64,000 nt of DNA from Leucoraja erinacea (lineage: Eukaryota), in contig NC_073377.1 in assembly GCF_028641065.1 (NCBI RefSeq), positions 144,770,001 through 144,834,000 on the forward strand, read 5' to 3'. A model generated the notes under the pieces. The model was not told the DNA's origin and searched no databases. It was given only the letters and a program-made list of their open reading frames with translations. Both the position numbers and the translations under genes were made by a program. Below, in pieces: positions 25,096-38,510 of the stretch; positions within the stretch are counted from its first letter, which is position 1, and every line of letters begins with the position of its first letter.

Positions 25096-25351
25096 GTTTG
25101 AAAGCATTTACAACCAGATTCAAGATCAGCTTCTTCCCGCTATTTTCAGACTCTTCAATGGACCCCTCATAAAGGATGTATTCCAAATCTTTCTCATAAC
25201 CCTTGGACTTGTTCTTTTATCTGTACTAGCTATCACACTATATTTTGTGTGGTATGATTGTAATAATGCATGGATGATTTACCTGGATAGCACACAACGT
25301 TTTACAGTGTATACACATCCCAATAATAAACCAATACTAAATTTGATTATA

Positions 25352-27144
25352 CAGGTGCACAACCTTTTATCCGAAAGCCTTGGTTCCAGACACTTTTCGT
25401 AAATTCGGAATTTTTTGCCTTTCGGAATGGAAGATTTTTAGCGTAGATTTTAATGGCTGGCTCAGTGGTAGAGTGCTCGGCTGATATCAAGGTTGCGAGT
25501 TTGCGCCTCGATCCCGGCAGTTACTCGATCGCGAGTTTGAGTCTTCAATGTAGTTTTTTCTTGCAGAATAGGAGAGAATATGGAGGGTTAGGCTGGGATC
25601 ATTCTCTGGGAGATGATCTTAGTGCGGGAGACAAGTGTAGGAGAGGTGTACTGACTGTGTGGGCAGAACTTTGGAAGTGATTGCCCACCATTCTCAAAAG
25701 CCGATGTGTCTCCCTGTCCCTGGGATAGCAGGGGGCGATCAAACAGCACAATACCCCCTCCCCCTCCAACTCCAGAAGAATCCGCTCCCCGATGGGCTGC
25801 TGCGGTGACAAGTGGCAGTTCGCTCACAGCCCGAGCTGCGCCACCCCAAGAACAAGATGTACCTTGCACACCATCAGCTTCTGCCCCTACGGAGAGCGTG
25901 TTCCTCTGGAGTTGGAGCAGGGCTGGGCTGGAGTTGCTGATCTGGGATCTCCGTGCCTGCAGTGGGCCTGGGGGTCGGTGTCCTGATGAGGGGGCGCAGC
26001 TCGGGCTGTGGGCGAACTGCCACTTGTCGCCGTAGCGGCCCATTGGGGAGCAGCTTCTGGTGGTCCTGACCTCTCAGCTCCTGTCCAGTGGGGTGGCCGG
26101 AGACGTCAGGACCAACAGTAACCCGCTCCCCGATGCGCCGCTACAGCGACAAGTGGCAGTTCACCCACAGCCCGAGCTGCGCCCCCTCATCCGCAACCTG
26201 GGTTCCTCTGGAGTTGGAACGGGGCTGGGCTAGAGTTGCTGCTGGCTGTGAGTCTCTGGGATCTCCGTGCTTGCAGTCGGTGTCCCGTTGGTCCTGATGT
26301 CTCCGGCCACCCCCCTGGACAGGAGCTGAGACTGGGAACTGTACCGCCCTTGCCCCCTCCCTCTGCAACTGCAAACAACCCCACTCTCCTGCTCACCTGC
26401 AAGGGCGGTACAGTTCCCAGTCTCAGCTCCTGTGCAGGGGGGTGACCGGAGACGTCACAGCCCGAGCTGTGCCCCCTCATCCGCAACCCCAAGAACAAGA
26501 CGTACCTTGCACACCATCAGCTTCTGTCCCTACGGGGAGCGTGTTCCTCTGGAGTTGGAACGGGGTTGGGCTGCTACTGGCTGTGGGTCTCTGGGATCTC
26601 CGTGCTCGCAGTGGGCCTGGGGGTCGGTGTCCCGTTGGTCCTGACGTCTCCGGTGACTGGCACTGACCTGCTGGCATCGCCGACGTGAAGACAGTGCAAA
26701 GCCCCCACGCCGGTGCATTGGGCAGGGAGCTGGAGAGGGGAGGGAAGGGGTCACACACATGGCCGGGAAGCAGAGCGGTGTAGGTGGGGTGAAACTGAAG
26801 GGAGCGACAATCTGCTGCTGCCTGCCCGCTGAGTTAAAAATTTCCCACGCAAGACTCACGATACACTGTGTATCGTGAGTCTACTGTGGGAACTTTTTAA
26901 CTCAGCGGGCAGGCAGCAGCAGATTGTCAATTATTAACTCTCCCGCGCAATATACCCTCAACTTCTCTTTTATGAATGGGGATTTAGTTCCCCTTTCTTC
27001 GAGGACCGACCGGAGATTCCGCTGTCACCTCTGCGGGCCGCCCTCGGTGAACGTCTTCAAGGACCTTTCTTCAAGGACCGAAAAAATGTCCGCATTTCGG
27101 AGCTTTTCGTTATTTGGAATTTTGGATAAAAGATTGTGCACCTG
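25352..27144. mobile_element. Non-autonomous Tc1/mariner-pogo (Tigger-like) DNA transposon
   Basis: TIRs CAGGTGCACAACCTTTTATCC / GGATAAAAGATTGTGCACCTG are flanked by TA on both sides (25350-51, 27145-46). The interior is GC-rich and repetitive with no transposase. Confidence 0.85.
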
Positions 27145-27221
27145 TACTTGGATAGAGAATTTCACCTGATGCAAACATGGAAGATTAACCCACTGCAAAA
27201 GTATAATTATAAATTGGATGG

Positions 27222-27788
27222 GTAAATTATGGCTTAATAACAGCAACAAAACTTATACTTACATTCTTGAAAAATGTACCAACTCCAACGCTCAAAATGT
27301 GGATTTCAAATATGTCTGAAATGTTACATCTCGAAGATATGAGATTCGTCCTATTAGGCAATTCAGACCAATTCTTAAAGATTTGGTCTCCCTTTATCGA
27401 CTTATTACAAGCATATGTTGCAACACAACCTTAGAAATTAACTGTTTCAGAACCGGGTGAGGGGTGTGTAAAGATATGAAGCAGGTATATCCCTTTTAAT
27501 TTTTTCTTTCTTTTCCTCTTCTCTATCCTTTTTTTGCTTGTTTCATCTCTCCCTTTTGTTTTCTCTCTCGGGCTTTATAGCTTTATGGGCTCTTTCTCAC
27601 TATTTCTTCATGAACTATCAATATCACTATCTTAATTGATATTCTCTCTCTCTCTCTTTTTCTTGCTTTTGTTACTTTTTTTATATTACTCAATTTAAAA
27701 CAAGAAGTTGTACATGAAATGTATTATGCTATTCATGTTTTATATTATTGTACATTGCTTCTAATAAAATATTTGTTTTTTAAATAAA
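27222..27788 (+). mobile_element. L1-like LINE 3' end
   Basis: Reads NYGLITATKLILTFLK.VPTPTLKMWISNMSEMLHLE...FLKIWSPFID (L1-clade ORF2 C-terminus), then a pyrimidine-rich 3' UTR, AATAAA and an A-rich tail. TSD AAATTGGATGG at 27211-21 and 27789-99. Confidence 0.75.
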
Positions 27789-28769
27789 AAATTGGATGGA
27801 TGGCTAGCTTGTGGAAAAGATACTGATGATAACAATCTGGCCAAAAATGTGTGAGATTTGTTTGGTACATTTCTACATAGATTATAGAAACTATCTATTT
27901 TATATGTTCATACTTTAAATTTATCATTAAATATTTTGATGTTATCCTATGATCTTTATTTTATTTGATGTTGAGAACTAAATAATGAAGAATCTGCATA
28001 TATTTCACCAATTTATTCGTTCTTTTCAGTCCAGGAACCATCATTTAATTATTTGTGTCTTGAGTCTTATGGGGAGATGTTGTACAATGTATCTGTTTTA
28101 TTTTCATTTGTCAGGGATTTTTAAGGAGTTTTACATAAAATTAACTGCATCATGTGTATTTTTACATTAGCGATCATGTAATCGAAAGGACCAATTAAAT
28201 ATTCAGCAGTATTGTAGTTAACAGCTTAATAGCATAGTGAGGTGCCACAATGTCTGGCTTTATACATATTCAGTTTGAGACTACATCTTCCTAACCACAG
28301 TTTTATTAACAGATCCCCTGGTGGAAATAAAGTGCATTGTTATTGCTAAAACTGCAGATCATTATAAACACAGATAACTCATGCAGACTCTTGTAATCGG
28401 GAGTGAAAAAAAATGAAAGGATACAGGTGGATTATGAATTTTTAATGGATTAAAACATGAGTGCTTAGAAGAGAACTCATACTGTTTTGGCTCCGCACCA
28501 TAATTGGATGATATACATGTACAAACCTTGTGCAAACAGGTGTGCACTTCGGAGACAGCAGTCACTCTATTTTCCATTAGCACACATTAAGCGTAAGTAA
28601 TTTCAGCAATGCACCAGGTACAAATTAAGCGTTAATTGTTATCATTTCTTTGGTCTCCTAGAAGGAATGTATACACAAAATATAACCGCTGCCAGGGAAC
28701 ATGGCACAGCTTGGGTAAAAAGCAGCCATTGCAGTGAATCCATGGAAGGGACACCTTGTCTCATGATGC

Positions 28770-29090
28770 TTGGATAGAGCGGATGTGGAGAGGAAGTTTC
28801 CACTAGTGCGAGAATCAAGGACTAGAGATCATAACCTCAGAATTAAAGGACATTCTTTTAGGAAGGAGACGAGGAGGAATTTCTTTAGTCAGAGGTTGGT
28901 CAATCTGTGGAATTCTTTGCCACAGAAGGCTGCGGAGACTGTCAGTGGATATTTTTAAGGCAGAGATAGATAGATTCTTGATTAGTGCGGGTGTCAGAGG
29001 TTATGGGAAGAAGAATGGGGTTAGGAGGGAGAGAGCGATCAGCCATGATGGGCCGAATGGCCTAATTCTACTCTTGTTCCTTATGACCTT
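28770..29090 (+). mobile_element. CR1 LINE 3' end
   Basis: Reads FPLVRESRTRDHNLRIKG..FRKETRRNFFSQRLVNLWNSLP. Confidence 0.85.
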
Positions 29091-29397
29091 ATGCAAATGT
29101 GGAAATCTTCACCGAAGAGAAGGGCAGGTCTGCAGGAATGCTGTGCAAGTAAGGAGAACAGTGACCAGAAGTGAGGCTTCTGTATTGGAGGAGGTGGCTA
29201 AACCGATCAATGCCAGAAGTGATGCCGACGGCCTTGGTTCCAATGTTACAAAAATGTAAATGATCTCACATTTCAAGGGTACAATGGCACTTTATTGCCA
29301 CTCGTAACTAGGTACAATGAAATTCATTTTTATGCATACAGTTCACCAAAAATCGTACTACACTGAGACAACATCATGCTTGAATACAAGAGTGTGA

Positions 29398-29723
29398 AGG
29401 GCCTGTCCAGTTACGTAACTTTTTTGGCGACCGCTGGCACCCGTCATAGGTCGTTACAGTTCGCCGAAAATCTTCAACATGTTGAAAATCCAGAGCCGAC
29501 CAGAACAAGGTTCAACTCTTTGGGCGGTTGCTCACGACCATACAGGCTTCACCCCGCGACATGTCTCGCCAAGGTGTTGCCTGTATGGTCGTGAGTAGTC
29601 TCCTAGTCACCAAAAGAGCATCTTTCTGGTCGTCTCTGAATTTTCAACATGCTGAAAACTTTCGGCGACCTATGACGGGTGCCGGCAGTCGCTGAAAAAA
29701 GTTGCATAAGTGGGACAGGCCCT
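29398..29723. mobile_element. PIF/Harbinger-type MITE
   Basis: TIRs AGGGCCTGTCC.. / ..GGGACAGGCCCT with long subterminal inverted similarity. Confidence 0.75.
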
Positions 29724-30163
29724 TCAGAGTAACAGATTACACTGAGACAGTGCACAGAAGTCACCACGTTTCTGGCACTGTCTATATGTAGTCTTAATGT
29801 GATTTTCTATTGTTGCGATATAACATGTTTGTTCAGTGCCTTATTAGAAACAGTACAAGTTCTAAAGATAAAGCTTCTGTTCATGATTGGTGGAAATTGA
29901 CAAATCGCAACTCATAATATGTGTAACTACACATTACTCCAACATTTACACACTGCACATACACAGCTCTGTTCAATCATGCCATAATTATACGCAGTTG
30001 TTGTATCAATCACAACATAGGAAAGATACTATATCTGAAGAAGGGACTCGACTTAAAACATCATCCATTCCTTCTCTCCAGAGATGCTGCCTGTACCGCT
30101 GAGTTACTCCAGCTTTTTGTATCTATCTTTGGTTTAAACCAGCATCCGCAGTTCGTTCTTACA

Positions 30164-31225
30164 GTGAAGAAAGCAAATGGCATGTTGGTCATTATAACAA
30201 GAGGAATCGAATATAGGGGCAAAGAGGTCCTTCTGCAGTTGTACAGAGCCCTAGTGAGACCACACCTGTCCCACTTACGCGACCATGGCTCGCAAATTAC
30301 GCGACCTCGTGGTTGCTTGAGGCGTACGGGGCACCGTATGACCGCACGGGGTCGGTCCCACTTAGAAGCGGGGAGTTGTGTGGCGCTGGTCCTGAGATTG
30401 CGCGGGGCTCTGAAATTCTGGCAGTGGCCAAAATCTTTGCGCGCCAACATCCTGTTGGCACGCAGGCGCATTGCGGTCGTACGCAGCGTCTTGACGTCAT
30501 ACGCAGCGTCTTAACGGCGTACACAGCGTCTTAACGGCGTACGCCTAGCGCGTGGCGTTGTGCGATGTCATCGCACGGCGAGGCGTTGTGTGATGACGTC
30601 ACTGCCCGACGACATGCGACGCCCAAATTCAGTCAGCCCGCCTCCTGCGCAGCTGATTGGTAACTATGACGCAAATGACGTCACGCGCCTACTTAGCGCG
30701 AATTTCGCGTGAACACTGCTTCCGTTTGGTCGCGCCAAACGCATGCAAATGGGACAGGCCTGTCCCACTATACGAGATAATTCAAGAGCTCTCCTGAGTT
30801 AAATAAAAAATCAAACTCATAGTAAGTATGTAGAATGTATGTAGTGGCTACGTCTGAGCTCGTGGATGTCTCATAGTGGCTGGTAATGCTAACAGCAGGT
30901 TCTCTGGAAACGGGGTAACTCGTGAAGTTTTTTCAGCACTGTGAAAAATGTCCACGAGAGCCCCGAGTACCAACGAATGGATATTAGCATAATTCTCCGA
31001 GTTCGAATCAGGGGAAACTCGGGAGAACTCTTGAATTACCTCGTACAGTGGGTCAGGCCCTTTAGATTTAGCTCTTAGGGCTAATGGAATCAAGGGATTT
31101 GGGGAAAAAGCAGGAATGCGGTACTGATTTTGGATGATCAGCCATTATCATATTGAATGGCGATGCTGGCTCAAAGGACCAAATGTCCTACTCCTGCACC
31201 TATTATCTATGTTTCTATGTTTCAT
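30164..31225 (+). mobile_element. CR1 3' fragment interrupted by two fused Harbinger-type MITEs (30265-30760, 30757-31061)
   Basis: KKANGML..ITRGIEYRGKEVLLQLYRALVRPHL runs into CCTGTCCCACT. The MITE junction is GGGACAGGCCTGTCCC. The CR1 3' end resumes at ~31063. Confidence 0.8.
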
Positions 31226-33227
31226 GTTTTAACATGTGTAAATGCAAGACCAGCATTTATTACTCATCCTATTGCTCGTTACAAACACATTACACTGTGC
31301 AGTTTACTGCCATTTCAAAGGACATATTTTAAAGGGTTAATCCCTTGAGTGTGGGCCTGGAGTCCTATATAGATCCCCTTGGATAAGGATGGCAGATTTT
31401 CTCCACTGAAGAATATGTGAACCAGATGTTATTCTGTACTAATCAGTTAGCTATTTGTGGGCTTGTCATTACTAAACAACAGAGCAGATTTCAACCTTAC
31501 AAATAATTCATTTGATTTTCATTCTCTTGCACTCAATAGGATATAAATGAGATATAATCTTCAATGGGTGGTGGTGATGAGTCCTGCCATTCAATAACCA
31601 AGCAGTGAGGAACAAAGGCTACTGCATAGAGCATCCAGTTAAAGTTTTAATCGTATGCTCACAGGCTACAATTACCATTTTCTTTTTTAAAAAATCATAA
31701 TATTTTGATTGCTAAATGTAATGCTGTTCCAGATTTAGAATTACAATATTGTATCATGGTATATTGTGCCCTTTTATACTAAAAGGAAAGTGGAATATTT
31801 ATTTACAGATCACTGATAAAAAAAAAGTGAAAGTATGTCATACACCAGCTCATGTATTAATTAACCATCTTTTTCTTGAGAAAACAGTTGTTCTGATGAA
31901 TTATGTAATTATTTATTAGGTTGTCCTCAGAATATCTGTAGAGAGCCTGTATTTTTTTTTTTATCTTGAAGGTCCGTCAAGGTGAGTGATGGCACTGCTG
32001 CAGAACATGGAACAAATTATCTTTGCATCCAGTAGCCCAAGATCAAGCACCATATGTGCAGAATAAATCCTGTAAAAGGCATGGGACATCCTAATTACCT
32101 AGGTTAAATTGTAAACGCAGTTCTACAGCCAAATAGTCGTGTTCTCACTCACTGTAGTTTGGTCCCAAACCAGAAAACCTGAAGGACATTGGCATTTTCA
32201 GATGTAGAGACAGCCACACTGTTGAAAAATCATTATTTCTAATACCAGCTGAAATTAAATGTGTCATATTGAGGTGTTAACTTCTATTAAATTGAGAATC
32301 TTTGGAATACAAAGTGCAAGCTGCTGGGTTTAGAAATTAATGAGCTCCTGAATAATGGCATTAAAAACAACACTGAGCAATGGCTTTGCCTTGTTTTAGA
32401 TAGGCCTATAAAAGGCAGTGTTTAATGCAGGCACACTGACCCAAAACTTCACCCATTTCTTCTCTCCAGAGATGCTGCCTGTCCCTCTGAGTTTCTTCAG
32501 CATTTTGTGTCTATCTTCGGTTTAAACCAGCATCTGCAGTTCCTTCTTAAACACTTATTCCTCACAGCGGCCAGCGTGTGACCATGCAGTGGCAACATTG
32601 GGATTTCACATTTTAAAGGGTCCCAAAGACTCACACGTATCACCATTTCCATCCAGTGATACTGGATAGAAAATGTCACGCAGACTGGCACAAATTTGAT
32701 GCCTGGCACAAATCCTTCAAACCCACTGATGATCAGAGATACAAAATTCACAGTTAGGCCAACTACGCCATGTATCTATCTCATGAATGTACTTCTGTCT
32801 TCCAATGCAAGGCTGCAAGGGATCAGTGCTTGTCAATTCAGGTTGGGTGCTAGTGGTGGGCTCATCTTTTTTTCTGCTGAACATCGGGGCAACAGGGCTC
32901 TGCACCATGAGAAATATGGAACACAGAACAGTGTAGCTCAGGAACGGGCCCTTTGGCCACAGTGATTGTGCCGAATAAGATGCCAAGTTCAACTAATCTC
33001 CTCTGCCTCCATATGATCCATTTCCCTTCACGTGTCTATTTAAAAGCCTCTTAAATGCCACTATCGTATATGCTTCCACCAGCACCTCTGGCAGCACATT
33101 CCTGGCACCCACCACTCTGTTAAAAAAAAAGTTCCCTGTGTATCTCTTTAAAATTTGTCCCTCTCACCTTCAAGCTCGCAAAAAGATTCTGACTGTCTAC
33201 CCTTTCTATGCCGCTCATAATGATATA

Positions 33228-33330
33228 CCGGGCTCTAAATTAATGGTTGCCCAGTTGCCAATGACCACCTAAAGTCCCGCCGGGCAACCTAAAAGCCGTG
33301 TAATTTTGCCCGGCTTGACAAGCAGCCGGG
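33228..33330. mobile_element. hAT-like terminal fragment related to the 62074-63448 element
   Basis: CCGGGCTCTAAATTAATGGTTGCCC...GCCGGGCAACCTAA matches the reverse complement of 63380-63448. Confidence 0.65.
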
Positions 33331-33485
33331 ACACCTGCTGTTCAACTCTGAGCGAGCCCCCCTCATTATCTCTCTCTCTCTCTGTCACTCTCCGTCTCCA
33401 CCCAACATCCATGTCCAGGCTGCCGGGTCTCCGCTCTCATGCTCCTCATCCGCCGGCACAGCCGGCCGCCTTGCACATGCGCACT

Positions 33486-34050
33486 GCCACACCTGGAGGG
33501 TTGTGTGCAGATTTGGTCTCCTAATTTGAGGAAGGACATTCCTCAAATTGAGGGAGTGCCGCGTAGGTTCACCAGGTTAATTGCTGGGATGGCGGGACTG
33601 ACATATGATGAAAGAATGGATCAACTGTGCTTGTAACTGGAATTTAGAAGGATGAGAGAGGATCTTATAGTAGAAACTTATAAGATTCTTAAGGGATTGG
33701 ACATGCTAGCTGCAGGAAAAATGTTCCCCATGTTGGGGGAGTTCGGAACCAGGGGTCACAGTTTAAGAATAAGGGGTAGGCCATTTAGGACTGAGATGAG
33801 GAAAACATTTTCACCCAGAGCGTTGTGAATCTGTGGAATTCTCTGCCACAGAAGGCAGTGGAGGCTAATTCACTGGATGTATTCAATAGAGAGTTAGATA
33901 TAACTCTTAGGGCTAACAGAGTCAAGGGATATGGGGAGAAGGCAGGGACGGGGTCCTCATTGGGGATGATCAGCCATGATCACATTGAATGGCGGTGCTG
34001 TCTCGAAGGGCTGAATGGCCTATTCCTGCACCTATGTTCCATGTTTCTAC
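33486..34050 (+). mobile_element. CR1 LINE 3' fragment
   Basis: Reads PHLEGCVQIWSPNLRKDI..IEGV.RRFTRLI.GMAGLTYDER and continues to the CR1 3' tail. Confidence 0.9.
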
Positions 34051-34235
34051 CCTCATCAATTGTCTATGTCACTCCCTCAAAAATCTCAATAAGACATACG
34101 TAGGTACAAAACAATGTCATTAATTATCCCATTCACTTCCCAATTTGAGTAAATCCTATCCTGAAGAATTCTCTCCAATAACTTCTCTACATCTGACATC
34201 AGGCTCATTGGTCTATCTCTGATTATCATTGGTTA

Positions 34236-34797
34236 TCCACTGCCTTCTGTGGCAGAGAATTCCACAGATTCACAACTTTCTGGGTGAAGAAAGTTTGTCC
34301 TCATCTCTGTCCTAAATGGCCTACCCCTTATTCTTAAACATTGTGACCCCCTGGTTCTGAACTTCGCCAACATCAGGAAATGTTTTTCCTGCAGTTACAG
34401 TAGGTGGAAATCTAGCAGGCAAGCAGGATGCTTTCTCCAGCCGCCTCCATTGGACTGCCACTATCTTCCACTGCTTCTACCCAGTGCTTGGTACCTACGT
34501 CCAGCAGCCACTGGTTGTCCTCCAGGATGCACCGAGCCACTGCCTGGTCCATGCCAGTCACCAGGGCGAATTCTGTGGCTCCTGTCCGCATCTGCCCCTG
34601 CCGCTCCATTCCTCCGCTCCCTCCGCCCTGGCTCTCCAACACCCACGGCCCATGCAGTTGATATTAGTTTTGAAATTCTCGTTGATCACAGAATTTCTCA
34701 CGACAGAGGGTGAGAAATTCTGTGATCAGCGTGAGAGAGTGAGAATTTGGCGAAATGTGTGATTCTCACGCTCAATGCCTGAGAGTTGGTAACTCTG
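34236..34797 (-). mobile_element. Composite hAT-like/TDP2-exon/CR1 element, copy 2 (internally deleted)
   Basis: Starts CAGAGTTACCAACTCTCA on the minus strand, with the same order of parts and the same intron-to-CR1 junction as 9733-10925. Confidence 0.75.
34499..34575 (-). pseudogene. TDP2: TDP2 exon-1-like fragment, copy 2
   Basis: Reads EFALVTGMDQAVARCILEDNQWLLD, followed by donor GTAGGT (34498-34493). Confidence 0.65.
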
Positions 34798-35445
34798 ACA
34801 TGACAGCATTCAGATAACAATCTGCCTTCCTGTTTTTGCCACCAAAGTGGATAACCTCACATTTATGTCCTGTACCATTGACAGCTCACCAGTGAGACAC
34901 ACACCAAAGGAGAGAGAGGTTCAGACACAGGAGGATGATGAGCCAGTGGCTGATGTGACAGTGTCACTGCCTCTAACCCTGTCAAGCACGAGCTCGGATA
35001 CAGGCAGTTTCAGCTCACTTTATTGTCACGTGTACCGAGGTGCAGTGAAAAACTTTTTGTTGCGTGCTATCTAGTCAGCAGAAATACAATAATACATGAT
35101 TACAATCGATCCATTTTACAGTGTATATAGACATGATAAGAGAATTACGTTTAGTGCAAGGTAAAGCCAGCAAAGTCCGGACAAGAATAGTTCGAGGGAC
35201 ATCAAAGAGGTAAACAGTAGTTCAGCCCTGCTCTCTGGTTGTGGTAGGTTGATAACAGCATCATGATGGTGACAAAGGTACAATTCTCAAGTAGCCTGCT
35301 GTCAGACAGAGTATAAAAAAACCTAATGAGCTGGCAGTCCAGAACATATCCTGCACATAAATATTCCCCCAAACGATTCAGAAAAGGAGCACCAGAGGAT
35401 TTCAATCAGGAGAAGGCCATTGGGGATGCTGAGTGAAGTGCTATA

Positions 35446-35905
35446 AGGGCCTGTCCCACTTGCATGCGATTGCATGCATTTGGCGAGACCAAACGGAAGC
35501 GGAGTTCATGCTAAGTATGCGCTAAGTCCGTGCGTGACGTCATTTGCATCATACTTACCAATCAGCTGGGCAGGAGGCGGGCCGACTGAATTTGGGTATC
35601 ACACAGCGTCGGGCGGTGACGTCATCACGCAATGCAACGCCACGCGCTAGGCGTACGCCGTCAAGACGCTGCGTACGCCCGCAATGAACCTGCGTGCGTA
35701 TGCGAGCCAACAGGCCATTGGCGCGCAACATTTTCAGACATTGCAGGAATTAGACCAGTGCCCGCGAAATGTTGGGACCAGCACCGCACAACTCCATACG
35801 CCTCCGCGCTCCTAAGTGGGACCGGCCCCGCGAGGCCCGTACGCTTCAAACGACCACGAGGTTGCCTAATTTGTGCGCCAAGGTCGTGTAAGTGGGGCAG
35901 GCCCT
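35446..35905. mobile_element. PIF/Harbinger-type MITE (inverted sister of 30265-30760)
   Basis: Reads TAAGGGCCTGTCCCACTT...AAGTGGGGCAGGCCCT. The CpG-rich interior is reverse-complementary to 30265-30760. Confidence 0.8.
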
Positions 35906-37957
35906 GGTCTATTTTGAGCAGACTAACTAAATAAGACGAACAGGAGAAACAGGCAATCCCTGCAATGTAAGGGTTAAACGGGCTATGTGAGCTAAAATTG
36001 AGTTGTCAGATAAATTAGCAGCACAGCGTTTTGAACCCTGCTTAGTAAAACAAGTAGATGTTTTCGAAAAATGCTTAGGCTAATTCAAAGGGACCAGGAG
36101 ATCATGAGGACACCTGAAAGGTCACCGAGATAAGCTTTACTTTCCCAGAGATAGCGAGACTAGCTCGGTGTCTGATAGGACACATAACTCACGGCATTAT
36201 GGTAACAAGGATGATAGCTGTTTGACATATAATCACCTGTTGATCTTAGAGATAAAAATTATTAATAAACACATGCTTCTACCATGAGAGCATGAGCTTC
36301 ACCAAGACAAAAAAAAGAGAGAGTTTGGCCGTGGTGTGTGCCAGTGCCAGCCAGAGCAGCCAGGGGACTCGTATAGGCAGAGGGGCATCAGACCTGTTAT
36401 TTTGTATTGTTTCCTTATTGATAGTTGATGGTCTTTCTGTGTTTTACTTGTATTTTGCTTTACTAAATAGTTATTTGTGTTCTTTACCATGTGCTTCCTC
36501 CATTCATTGATCCGAATCCTTGAATCCTGCATATATTTCGTTCCATGGAAACTTCAGGGAATCATTGTTTCTATGTTGATGTGATATTCAGTGCAATGGT
36601 TGAAAACTGCACAAAAGCCAGATGCCAGGGAAGGAAGCATTAGATCTTGTCCCAGAATATCCATTGATTAGATGCGTATCCTGAAATGCCTGTCATTTAA
36701 GGATTCATGCCAGCTCCCAAAAAAACATTTCATCCTCCATGAAAACGTTGCTCTCAAGTCATTCGTACCTTGAACACCAAGGGAGTGAAAGCTTTTGAGC
36801 TTCAAGGTTTAAAGGAGAAGCCAATGCAGTACCTGAACGCAGCCCATGCCGTTTGAACATTGAGGATGCCAACAATATTGGTAAATCCATTTATTTACTC
36901 TGCATCATCGTTAGACCTGAATTGAGAACACTGCTTCCTCTGAGGCACCAAGCTTCAGTCTGCCACTTGCTAGATTTGTGAGCCACGATCTGGGCATTGT
37001 GGCATAGACCAGTCACCGGCCTCGATTGATCCCTAGGCCAGAAAGTTTAGTTTCACAGTAACCTTAAGCTTGATTGCTAGATTGGTCCAAGTATGATTGC
37101 AAGTCTGGAGCTGAGGCTGCTGAAGGTCGCACAACACTGTGCCAAATGTCTCAGTAAATATGAAAACAAGAGTTCTGGAGGAACTCTACATGTTAGGCAA
37201 AAAGTCTGAATAATAGAACAGAGTTATGTTGCAAGCTAACAACTTGCTCTGCTATTCATACTTCTTGAATCAGTTTTAAATTAAATTTTGCTTATTATTT
37301 CCCCAGCATCAACTTTATCAGACTAAGAAATAAATGAAATGTCTTCAATTAAATTGAACATTGCCTGTTTCGGCTAAATCGTTATTTAGCAATATGGCCT
37401 CTCCATTTAAATAATCATGAGAATTTATTTTGAAGTAGTATTAAGGTACTTTAAGGCAAGACATGTGATCGCACAGGACCTTCTTCATTCCCAATAAAAC
37501 CAGACTTAAGTAAATGCAGCATCTGTCAGTCTGCTGTGCACCATTCTGAAAGGCTTACTCCTTCCTCATCATAGTCAGGCAGCTGCACGGATGCATTGAG
37601 GGCATAGAGGCTGCAGGTGAAAGGGAGAAAAAACCTAGCGCAGTACTGGATACATCGCGGAGCGGGCGATGCCTTACCTGGGATCGCCGTCTGAAGCTCC
37701 GGAGTGTTGGGCCTGCTGCTTCAACATCATGGAGCTGTGGTTTGCGGCACTGACCAACATCGTGGAGTCCTGGGATCCCTTTGCCGAGGGCCGCCAGCGT
37801 GAATCTCCGCCCAGCTCGACCTGTGGACTTCGGGAGCCGCGATCTCCGGTATGAAGTGGCCGATTCGGAGGTCCAAGCCACTGAGAATGTTCTCCCGTTC
37901 CGACGTCGGAGTTCCATCATCCCAGCGAGAGGGCCTGAGCATCGGGCCGCCTGTCTG

Positions 37958-38510
37958 TCAGGAGTGGTGAATCTGTGAAATTCTTTGCCACAGAAGGCTG
38001 TGGAGGCCAAGGAGGTGGATATTTTTAATGCAGAGATGGAATCATTCTTGATTATTACGGGTATCAGGGGTTATGGGGAGAAGGCAGGAGAATGGGGTCA
38101 GGAGAGAGAGATAGATCAGCCATGATTTAATTGGCAGAGTAGACTTGATGGGCCGAATGGCCTAATTCTTCTCCTATAACATGACCTGATGATCTTGGAT
38201 GGCTCAGCATTGATTAAAGGCTACCCATATTCTCGAGTGGCATTTCAGATCGTTGAACTGTTGTTAGAAATGGCAACTATTAGAGATAGGTTTTAAACAA
38301 TTCCAGAGGCAAATGGAATAAAGAACAAAATGGCCATTCCCAGCTCTGCATTGTTTCCTCAAGGTTCGTCAAGGGTGTCAAGGGTTACGGGGAGAAGGCA
38401 GGAGAATGGGGTTAGGAGGGAGAGATAGATCAACCATGATTGAATGACAGAGTAGACTTGATGGGCTGAATGGACTAATTCTGTTCCTATCACCTATGTC
38501 CTTATGAGTA
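37958..38510 (+). mobile_element. Two CR1 3' end fragments (37958-38180, 38370-38510)
   Basis: Both show the GGTTATGGGGAGAAGGCAGGAGAATGGGG...GATGGGC.GAATGG.CTAATTCT 3' end. Confidence 0.75.

Noticed and set aside
25850-26560. Peptide TLHTISFCPYGERV resembling the GST-omega active-site motif
   Set aside because: The match is short and lies inside a repeated TE module with no flanking similarity, so it is probably chance.
31951-31987. Possible 10-nt microexon (poly-T...AAG|GTCCGTCAAG|GTGAGT)
   Set aside because: The length is not a multiple of 3, the AAG acceptor is weak and no partner exons were identified.
35966-36531. Possible solo LTR (TGTAAGG...CCTGCA)
   Set aside because: No matching TSD, PBS or second copy is visible.
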